A DNA stretch of 64,000 bases from Ignavibacteria bacterium. GTDB lineage: Bacteria; Bacteroidota; Ignavibacteria; Tepidaquicellales; OLB5. The translations under genes and the position numbers were made by a program. The DNA lies in NCBI GenBank assembly GCA_020852705.1, contig JADZAP010000036.1:31045-95044 (forward strand), read 5' to 3'. Each line of letters begins with the position of its first letter. Position 1 is the first letter of the stretch. Below the pieces are notes generated by a model. It ran no database searches. It was not told the origin of the DNA and saw only the letters and a program-made list of their open reading frames with translations. Below are positions 49,329-56,967 of the stretch, piece after piece.

Positions 49329-50003
49329 TTAGCTGTAAAATTTTTTATTCAGCAGCATCATTTCTTTTAAAGCAGGGTGAGGGCGGTATCGGTCTTCACC
49401 AAAATCAAGTTGCATTGCTGAAAGTATATTATATACTAACCCGATTCCAATTTTATCAGCCCATTCAAGCGGACCAAACGGGTAATTTGTACCAAGTTTC
49501 ATTGCTGTATCAATATCATCTCGCGTGGAAATCTTTTCGCTGTACACCTGTACAGCTTCGTTTATTATCATTGCAACTATCCTTGGAAAAATCAGACCCG
49601 TTCTGTCTGGTACTATTGAATATAATATTCCCGTTTCATTGAAGAAATTTTCTGCATTTTTAAGAATTTTTTTATCTGTTATTTTTGATGGTGCTATTTC
49701 AAGCCGTTTCGCTTTTGAAAATGTATCATAAAGTCCAATTCCAATAAGTCGCTCCGGGTAAACCAGTAATGTGCATTGTTCAGCTGCAGTTTCACAAAGA
49801 GATGATGAAAAAACGGGAATATGGGCAGCCGAATGTGAATCTATAAATTTCAGCTCTTTTGATTTTTCTGATGACGGATAGTTTGTTGTGTTTATTATAA
49901 TTTCTGCAGATTCAATATTTTTTGCGAAATCAGCTTTGTTTTTTAGTAATTCTCTGATTTCTGTATTAATTGAATCTGATCCTATTAAAAAAACTTTTTT
50001 CAT
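49329..50003 (-). CDS. 3-hydroxyacyl-CoA dehydrogenase family protein with degenerate N-terminal NAD-binding motif
   Basis: 224 aa. The C-terminal half (TRDDIDTAMKLGTNYPFGPLEWADKIGIGLV) is typical of the 3HCDH C-terminal domain. The N-terminus reads VFLIGSDS instead of a GxGxxG loop. Confidence 0.65.
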   Translation of the reverse strand: MKKVFLIGSDSINTEIRELLKNKADFAKNIESAEIIINTTNYPSSEKSKELKFIDSHSAAHIPVFSSSLCETAAEQCTLLVYPERLIGIGLYDTFSKAKRLEIAPSKITDKKILKNAENFFNETGILYSIVPDRTGLIFPRIVAMIINEAVQVYSEKISTRDDIDTAMKLGTNYPFGPLEWADKIGIGLVYNILSAMQLDFGEDRYRPHPALKEMMLLNKKFYS

Positions 50004-50015
50004 ACTTTAAAATTA

Positions 50016-50792
50016 TTGAATAAATCTGATTTAAAGAAAAAACTGGAAAATCATTACCGGTTTTATAAAAATAAATTTTCTTCAAAAGATCCTGTGTGGA
50101 ATCTTTATGAATTTCAAACCGGAAAGGATATTGAGCTTGCCGGGCTTATTACTGCAGCTTATTCATACGGCTCTGTTGATCAGATTAATTTTTTTATAGA
50201 CCGTTTATTTAACAAAACCGGAAGAAATCTTTACGAATTTACCATAAATTTTTCCAAACATAAAGATAAAAAATATTTTAAGAGTTTGTATTACCGGTTT
50301 AATTCATATATTGATATTGCTGAGATGTTCAGTACCTTAAATATTGCATTAAAGGAGTCGGGTTCATTGAAAAATTTTTTTATTTCAGGATACGCTGAAG
50401 ATGATAAAAATATTTTGCCCGCTCTTGGCAGCTTTACTGAAAGATTAAATAAAAATATCCATAAAGCTAAAAACAGTTATTATCATTATTTATTTTCAAA
50501 TCCGCAAAATAAAAGTACATGTAAAAGGATGAATCTTTTTCTGAGGTGGATGGTTAGAAAAGATGAAATTGATACAGGGTTATGGAGTGAAATTGGTACT
50601 TCAAAACTTATTATGCCTGTTGATACACATATTGCCCGCATTTCAAAAAAGCTGGGATTGATAAACCGCAGAACAGTTGATCTTAATTTTGCTTTGGAGT
50701 TAACTGATAATTTGAAAAAGTTTGATCACAACGACCCTGTAAAATATGATTTTGCATTATGTCATATTGGCATAGATAAAAAAGATTTTTAA
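50016..50792 (+). CDS. TIGR02757 (DUF2400) family protein
   Basis: 258 aa. CKRMNLFLRWMVRKDEIDTGLW and VDTHIARISKKLGL motifs. TTG start. Confidence 0.8.
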   Translation: MNKSDLKKKLENHYRFYKNKFSSKDPVWNLYEFQTGKDIELAGLITAAYSYGSVDQINFFIDRLFNKTGRNLYEFTINFSKHKDKKYFKSLYYRFNSYIDIAEMFSTLNIALKESGSLKNFFISGYAEDDKNILPALGSFTERLNKNIHKAKNSYYHYLFSNPQNKSTCKRMNLFLRWMVRKDEIDTGLWSEIGTSKLIMPVDTHIARISKKLGLINRRTVDLNFALELTDNLKKFDHNDPVKYDFALCHIGIDKKDF

Positions 50793-50976
50793 TTGTGTTA
50801 TCATTATTTGTTTTTTTTGAACATATATTGATATTTCTTTATAGGACATTTTATTAAAATATAATTAATATTGGTTTTCAGTAAATTCCGGGTAATAGTA
50901 AGTAATAACAATATTTCTTATTTTGTTTTTTTTCATTTAATTTAATCCCAAATAGTTTTCTTATTTATTGTTATTT

Positions 50977-52137
50977 ATGAAAATAGGTATTTTATGTTAT
51001 CCAACTTACGGCGGAAGCGGAGTTGTAGCAACAGAGCTTGGCATTGAGCTTGCCTCCAGAGGACATCAGGTCCATTTTATTTCATATAGTATGCCTATGC
51101 GGCTTAACACAGGATTTTCTGATAACATCTTCTTTCACAAGGTTGAAAATGCATCTTATCCGCTATTTGATTTCCCGCTTTACAGTTTATCACTTGCAAG
51201 TAAGATAGTTGAGGTAGCTAAATTCAACGGGCTTGATCTTGTTCACGCACATTATGCTATTCCTCACGCAACTAGTGCATATCTTGCCAGAGAAATAATT
51301 AAAAGTGAAGTGCTTAATAAAAAGAAAAATAATCATAATATAAAAATAATTACAACACTTCATGGAACAGATATTACTTTAACCGGTCTGGAAATAAGCT
51401 TTCTGCCTACTATGAAATTTTCAGTTCAGCAGTCTGATGGTGTTACGGCTGTTTCTGAATTTTTAAAAATAAAATCACAAAGTCAGTATGAAATTACCAA
51501 AGATATAAGGGTAATTCCAAACTTTATTAATCTTGAAATTTACAAAAAAATATCAAACCGTGAAACTGATTGCCTTAAAGAAAAGTTTTCTAAAAATGGT
51601 GAAAAAATACTTGTACACACATCAAATTTCAGAGGATTAAAAAGAGTTGATGATGCAATCAGAATTTTCAGAATTATCAGAGATAAAATTCCCGCAAAAC
51701 TTCTGCTTATTGGTGATGGTCCCGATAGAAGCAAATGCGAATATCTTGCAAAAGATCTTGGTGTAGCCGATGATGTAAAATTTTACGGCGAGCAGGAGTC
51801 AATTACTGAAATTCTTTCCGTTGCTGATCTGTTTCTTATGCCGTCTCAATCTGAAAGTTTCGGACTTTCTGCATTAGAAGCAATGGCATGCGGAGTTCCT
51901 GTAGTTTCTTCTAATGCCGGCGGTTTACCCGAGCTTAACCTGCATGGTGAAACCGGTTACATTGCAGAAATTGGCGATGTTAACAAAATGGCAGATTATG
52001 CCCTAAAACTTCTTGATGATCCTAATATTTATAAAATATTTTCCGAAAATGCCCTTGAAAGAGCCACTTCATTATTTTCAGCTGAAAAAATAATTCCCCG
52101 TTATGAAAAATATTATGAAGAAATTCTTTCAAAATAA
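50977..52137 (+). CDS. bshA: N-acetyl-alpha-D-glucosaminyl L-malate synthase (bacillithiol biosynthesis GT4)
   Basis: MKIGILCYPTYGGSGVVATELGIELASRGHQVHFIS, AHYAIPHA and TTLHGTDIT closely mirror the BshA family. The track start at 50968 (TTG) adds 3 aa. Confidence 0.88.
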   Translation: MKIGILCYPTYGGSGVVATELGIELASRGHQVHFISYSMPMRLNTGFSDNIFFHKVENASYPLFDFPLYSLSLASKIVEVAKFNGLDLVHAHYAIPHATSAYLAREIIKSEVLNKKKNNHNIKIITTLHGTDITLTGLEISFLPTMKFSVQQSDGVTAVSEFLKIKSQSQYEITKDIRVIPNFINLEIYKKISNRETDCLKEKFSKNGEKILVHTSNFRGLKRVDDAIRIFRIIRDKIPAKLLLIGDGPDRSKCEYLAKDLGVADDVKFYGEQESITEILSVADLFLMPSQSESFGLSALEAMACGVPVVSSNAGGLPELNLHGETGYIAEIGDVNKMADYALKLLDDPNIYKIFSENALERATSLFSAEKIIPRYEKYYEEILSK

Positions 52138-52172
52138 GCAGAATTAAAAAAAAATAAATTTCCGTTTCAGCT

Positions 52173-52991
52173 TTGCTGAACATTTCATTAATAATAATTG
52201 GTTTTCTGGTTGGCACTTTTGGCACCTTGGTTGGTGCCGGAGGCGGATTTATCCTTATGCCGGTTTTGCTGCTTATGTTCCCGGGTTCTAATCCCGAATT
52301 TCTAACCGGTATTTCTCTTGCAGTTGTTTTCTTTAATGCTTCTTCGGGGTCAATAGCATACTCGCGAATGAAAAAAATAGATTACCGCTCGGGATTTGTA
52401 TTTTCTGTTGCAGCCATTCCTGGTGCTATAATAGGTGCTTATTCGGTTAATTATATAAACAGAAACTTATTTAATATTATTTTCGGAATTATTCTCTCCA
52501 TTGTTTCAGTGTTTTTGTTTTTTAAGACTAAATCCAATGCTAAACCGGCAGAACAATTTCCGGAACACTATAAAAAAAGATTCATTATTGACAGCGATGA
52601 TAATGAATACTATTATGCATTTGAAAATAAAACCGGTATCTTGGTAAGTGTAGCTGTTGGTTTTATTTCAAGTATGCTTGGCATCGGGGGAGGTATAATC
52701 CATGTTCCAGCAATGGTAAATTTGCTTAATTTTCCTGTTCATATTGCTACTGCTACCTCACATTTTATTCTTGCAATAATGGCATTTACCGGGACTTTAA
52801 CACACATTTTAAACGGTACATTTACATGGGAAAGTGCTGTAAAAACTATGTATCTTGCTGTTGGGGTTATTGCCGGTGCACAGCTTGGTGCTATGCTTTC
52901 CAAAAAGATTCACGGTAAAATAATTTTAAAAGTTCTTGCTGCAGCTTTGTTTTTGGTTGGTGTAAGAATTTTTCTGCTCTCAATAATATGA
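52173..52991 (+). CDS. TauE/SafE family sulfite/anion exporter (DUF81)
   Basis: 272 aa. Two-fold repeat of four TM helices with GAGGGFILMP and GIGGGIIHVP motifs. Confidence 0.85.
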   Translation: MLNISLIIIGFLVGTFGTLVGAGGGFILMPVLLLMFPGSNPEFLTGISLAVVFFNASSGSIAYSRMKKIDYRSGFVFSVAAIPGAIIGAYSVNYINRNLFNIIFGIILSIVSVFLFFKTKSNAKPAEQFPEHYKKRFIIDSDDNEYYYAFENKTGILVSVAVGFISSMLGIGGGIIHVPAMVNLLNFPVHIATATSHFILAIMAFTGTLTHILNGTFTWESAVKTMYLAVGVIAGAQLGAMLSKKIHGKIILKVLAAALFLVGVRIFLLSII

Positions 52992-53029
52992 TCTGTTAAT
53001 AATATGATCTGTTAATATTATGATTTGAG
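52982..53029. repeat. tandem 16-nt repeat aataatatgatctgtt x2 (perfect) plus a 12/16 third copy
   Basis: Read directly. The first copy contains the TGA stop of the TauE gene. Confidence 0.9.
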
Positions 53030-53040
53030 GAGAAAAGTGA

Positions 53041-54528
53041 TTAAAGTTCGTTTGCTTTTTTTATAAGCCATTTTTTATCGGGAAGCATACTTGCTTTTTG
53101 AAGTTCCGCTCTGCAGCGGTATTTTATCTTTCCACCGGTTGATTTTGTCTTTAATATTTCTCTATAAAAAATCAGAAAATCATGATAATTGTTTTTCTCC
53201 TCATTGCTAATCTTTTTGTTTGTTGATATAAAATGAGAAAACGAATCTACCAAATTAAATGCCTGCTCGTAATATCCCAATTCATAAAGAAGTTTTAATT
53301 GCAGAGTTTTAACAGGTATTTTAAGTCTGAAAAGTTTAAACTTAACTTTTGCAAGTGTTGAAATTGAATTTTCAAATTGCTTTTTTTGAAATAATAATGA
53401 AGCAAATGAATATGCTATTAAATCTTCTGAATATTCAGGCGATAAGCGCTCACCATATAATTTTAAAAACTCTTCTGCCCAGTTAATTTCTTCAAGCTGT
53501 AAAGCTGTTTGAAAAATCATTAAAAAATTTATAACATTCATATATGGTGCAGTATAAGATGTATATAAGTCTAAGGAAACTCCCTGTTTTATAACTTCAA
53601 AAAGTTTCTTAAGGTATTTTTCTTCATTTATTACTTTTCGTTTTCTTAAACAACAGGAAGTAAGCATTCTGTGCAGATTTTGCAATTCAGGTTTACCAAA
53701 TAAAGCAGAATTTTGATCAATAAGTTTAACCATCTTTTCAAAATATTCTTCATCTGTAATATCAAGCATTGTCACCATAAAACACAGGTATATTCTTATT
53801 ACTTTTTGAAGCCTGTAATTAGTACTTATTTGTTTTCCTACTGCTTCACTTTTTTCAATATATTTTATAAATTTTTTGAAATCAAAATATTTCAGATATT
53901 CAATCACTATATTTTCTCCCAAAGGACGGTTGTAAGAATGACTTACCCGCTGCAGTATCTGGTATATATGAGAGAGCTCGACCACAGAACTGAACATCTG
54001 CAGCTCACCTTGCTCTAATCTTTTTTCTATAAGCGGATCCTGTTTATTTGAAAGAAAATAAAGCTGATGCCATAATAATGCTATATCTGATTTGTGATAA
54101 ACATACTCACCCTGAATTAACTGATTAATGCCGATATTTTTTTCAATTTCTGTAAGATTTTTTTCAGCAAGTTTAAAAAGCCGTCTTTCTATAAGGCTTT
54201 CTATAGTAAATTTCTGTAATTCTGTTTCGTTAGATTCAATTAATGTTATAGCTAAAAATTTTTCTAATAAACTATAAAGGGTTGAAAGCAGATACCGGAA
54301 TGTTTTCCCGTCATACTCTCTGGTTCCGTATATTTTTTTAAATAACACTTCGGGGTTAAAACTGCACTTATCAGCAGAATCCCCCTGTGTCAATAATTGA
54401 ATTTGATCGAATAGTCTTACTATTCTTTCATTTGTATTAAAATACTTTGAGTTAATAAAGTTGTGGAATTCCTTAAGTTCAGTTTTATCAAGGGTTTTTA
54501 ATATGTTTATAAGATTTTTTTGTATCAT
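53041..54528 (-). CDS. uncharacterised ~500-aa all-helical protein, family member P3 (subfamily B)
   Basis: 495 aa. N-terminus ILKTLDKTELKEFHNFINSKYFN and C-terminus LQLKLLYELGYYE...DSFSHFISTNK match 38264..39736. Confidence 0.75.
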   Translation of the reverse strand: MIQKNLINILKTLDKTELKEFHNFINSKYFNTNERIVRLFDQIQLLTQGDSADKCSFNPEVLFKKIYGTREYDGKTFRYLLSTLYSLLEKFLAITLIESNETELQKFTIESLIERRLFKLAEKNLTEIEKNIGINQLIQGEYVYHKSDIALLWHQLYFLSNKQDPLIEKRLEQGELQMFSSVVELSHIYQILQRVSHSYNRPLGENIVIEYLKYFDFKKFIKYIEKSEAVGKQISTNYRLQKVIRIYLCFMVTMLDITDEEYFEKMVKLIDQNSALFGKPELQNLHRMLTSCCLRKRKVINEEKYLKKLFEVIKQGVSLDLYTSYTAPYMNVINFLMIFQTALQLEEINWAEEFLKLYGERLSPEYSEDLIAYSFASLLFQKKQFENSISTLAKVKFKLFRLKIPVKTLQLKLLYELGYYEQAFNLVDSFSHFISTNKKISNEEKNNYHDFLIFYREILKTKSTGGKIKYRCRAELQKASMLPDKKWLIKKANEL

Positions 54529-54683
54529 ATAATATATTTTTATGAATATTCAATAACTTACTTTAATTTTTAATAAAAATAAATACTCTTTTTATACTGA
54601 AATTGAGGTTTTTTGAACTTTCAATATGAGTTTTTTACTTTAATTTTCTAAAATTTCTCTTTGGCAATGCAGTATCAATGAAA

Positions 54684-54691
54684 TATATTTG
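54684..54691 (+). promoter_or_regulatory. candidate -7 promoter box TAnnTTTG (TATATTTG)
   Basis: Exact match 3 nt upstream of the 26-bp palindrome and 42 nt upstream of ATG 54734. Confidence 0.35.
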
Positions 54692-54694
54692 TAA

Positions 54695-54720
54695 AATAAA
54701 TGTGCACGTGCACATTTATT
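54695..54720. promoter_or_regulatory. perfect 26-bp palindrome AATAAATGTGCAC|GTGCACATTTATT (candidate operator or 5'-leader hairpin)
   Basis: Checked base by base. Lies between the candidate -7 box and the GGGAGG Shine-Dalgarno (54723..54728) of the RHH-like gene. Confidence 0.6.
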
Positions 54721-54733
54721 CTGGGAGGCAAAA

Positions 54734-54991
54734 ATGGAAAGAGAAGCGTCCAATAATTTTCTGAAAGAAAAATCAATTGATGATTTATCTGTTGAATCTG
54801 TATCAAAAGGATACAGACTTAAACCTGAAACCCACGCTTTAGTTGATGCTCTAAGTATAAAAATCAACGGAACTAAAGATCAGGTAATTAGCCGTGCTTG
54901 CAAAATGCTTGAAAATGCTGTAAACTGTTCAGCAAAAAAAAATGAAAACAAATCGGGGAATAAAAAATATAATAAATATAAAACCAATTAA
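54734..54991 (+). CDS. small ribbon-helix-helix-like DNA-binding protein with basic tail (S2)
   Basis: 85 aa with a good SD. KGYRLKPETHALVDALSIKINGTKDQVISRACKML fits a strand-helix-helix pattern. The C-terminus is Lys/Asn-rich. Confidence 0.55.
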   Translation: MEREASNNFLKEKSIDDLSVESVSKGYRLKPETHALVDALSIKINGTKDQVISRACKMLENAVNCSAKKNENKSGNKKYNKYKTN

Positions 54992-55005
54992 AAAAGGAGA
55001 ACAAA

Positions 55006-56913
55006 ATGTTACACATTTTATCTTTTCATTCAAAGCGGATTTTATATAGCTCAGTGCTTGCAGTTTTTTTACTGACTATTTATAGCTTATCGCTTTTTTC
55101 GCAGGATAAACCATATAATAATGAACCTTCAAATATGCTTTATCCTTTAAGTAATAACGGCAGTACTTCTCAGCAGTTTAGCTCATCTAATCAGTTTGGC
55201 AATCAGCAGTTTTCTGCTGAAAAACAATCTCTGCTTGACCAGCTTCATACTGCAAGGTTAAACAATGACCTTGTTACTGCTGAAAGGTTAAGAAAGAGAT
55301 TGGATGAAATAGACGGCGTTCACCCTTACCCTCCGCCTGTTAACGACCCTAATATAGATGGTGTAAAAGAAAGATATGTGCAAATGGATTCAAAACCACC
55401 TTTTATTCCTGAAACTGATTATTATGTTACAACTATTTCTACTGCAGGATGCTGGGCAGTTGCTACTGCAAGTTCTAATCGTTCTTCAGCAATTTTTGCT
55501 GCTACTACTGAGTATGTTAATGGGGGCGGTGATATGATCAAAGTTTATGTATCTTATAACGGCGGTTCTAGCTGGGTGCTTAAAAATACTTATAACGGTT
55601 TTGTTGCATCGGTAGATTGCCGCCCGGGTGAGCTTGATATTGAACCAATCATAAGCGGCACTGATACTTTAGTTTATTGTACATTTGGTTATACTTATAA
55701 TGGCCATTCTTTTTCTGGTATATTTAGGGCAAATATTGGAACAGGAACAGGTATTGAATCTTATTTTAGTTTTGGCGGCGCTGGTAGCACAAATGTTAAT
55801 TATTATAACCCAAAAGTTACCAGTGATAATACAAATTATACAAGTGCCAGTTATGTTTACATTACAGCTTCATTTGATTCTGCCGGTTCATCAAGGTTTA
55901 CCTCTAGGTTTGCTGTTATAACAAATCCGTTTACATCATCAACTTTAACATTTAAGCAGCCGAATGCTCCTAATGGTTTCTATTGGAATTCAAATGGTTC
56001 ACCTGTTCAATATCTTTATACTGATATTTGCTATTTTAATAATTCCGGTGATAAGATATATACAGTTTATAACCATGCGGGAACAGCTCAAGGTAAAAAC
56101 ATATATATTGCATGGAGTAATGATTATGGATCAACTGTTCCAGCAGGAAATACATTTGTATTAAACGAAACCGCTGACGTACTTGCTGCAATTTGTGCCT
56201 CAAATGGCGGATCAAGTGTAGGTAAAATGGTTATTGGATACAGAAGGTTATATTCTGGCGCTGATTGGGATTTCAGGTATCAATATTCATCAACAGGCGG
56301 AGTCTCAAGCTCGTTTACACCTCAATATATTGATTTTACCAGTGATACAACACTGCTTATAAGTCTGCAGGGAATAGATCTTGGAAACGGCAGGTTTGTT
56401 GCGGGTTATTCAAATCACGGGGGGCAGCATTATTACCGTTCATTTAACGGTACTTCGCTTGGCACTAATTTTCAGTCTAACAATGTTGCAGGTGATGAAG
56501 GTTTTGGCGGCTGCAGGGCAGGTTACTGGAATTCAGCTTTTTCTGATTCAAGCTTGGTTGTTTGGTCACATGCTGGTGGTTCAGGTGCATATTGTTCCAG
56601 ACAAATTCAAGGAACAGTAGGTATTCAGCCCGAACCTAATACAATACCAACTGAATTTTCTTTGAAACAGAATTATCCAAATCCATTTAACCCTGTAACA
56701 AATATTAAATTCGGTATTCCCTCAGCATCTTTTGTTAAACTTGTTGTTTATGATATTACCGGCAGAGAAGTTGCAATGCTTGTAAACAAGCAAATGAATG
56801 CTGGAAATTACACTGTGGATTTTGATGCTTCGCAGTTTGCCTCAGGTTTATACTTCTACAGAATAGATGCCAATGGATTTACTGATGTAAAGAAAATGAT
56901 ACTGATAAAATAA
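55006..56913 (+). CDS. T9SS-sorted secreted protein, N-terminal domain of unknown family (weak BNR-like SYNGGSSW / SNDYGST)
   Basis: 635 aa with a hydrophobic N-terminus. C-terminal LKQNYPNPFNPVTNIKFGIP sorting domain. Confidence 0.8.
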   Translation: MLHILSFHSKRILYSSVLAVFLLTIYSLSLFSQDKPYNNEPSNMLYPLSNNGSTSQQFSSSNQFGNQQFSAEKQSLLDQLHTARLNNDLVTAERLRKRLDEIDGVHPYPPPVNDPNIDGVKERYVQMDSKPPFIPETDYYVTTISTAGCWAVATASSNRSSAIFAATTEYVNGGGDMIKVYVSYNGGSSWVLKNTYNGFVASVDCRPGELDIEPIISGTDTLVYCTFGYTYNGHSFSGIFRANIGTGTGIESYFSFGGAGSTNVNYYNPKVTSDNTNYTSASYVYITASFDSAGSSRFTSRFAVITNPFTSSTLTFKQPNAPNGFYWNSNGSPVQYLYTDICYFNNSGDKIYTVYNHAGTAQGKNIYIAWSNDYGSTVPAGNTFVLNETADVLAAICASNGGSSVGKMVIGYRRLYSGADWDFRYQYSSTGGVSSSFTPQYIDFTSDTTLLISLQGIDLGNGRFVAGYSNHGGQHYYRSFNGTSLGTNFQSNNVAGDEGFGGCRAGYWNSAFSDSSLVVWSHAGGSGAYCSRQIQGTVGIQPEPNTIPTEFSLKQNYPNPFNPVTNIKFGIPSASFVKLVVYDITGREVAMLVNKQMNAGNYTVDFDASQFASGLYFYRIDANGFTDVKKMILIK

Positions 56914-56942
56914 TTTTTATAAAAAAATTAGTTTATAAAAAA

Positions 56943-56967
56943 GGCTCCCATTAGGGAGTCTTTTTTT
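56943..56967. terminator. intrinsic terminator shared by convergent genes
   Basis: ggctccc-atta-gggagtc hairpin (one G-U pair) flanked by an A-run and a T7 run. Confidence 0.65.
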
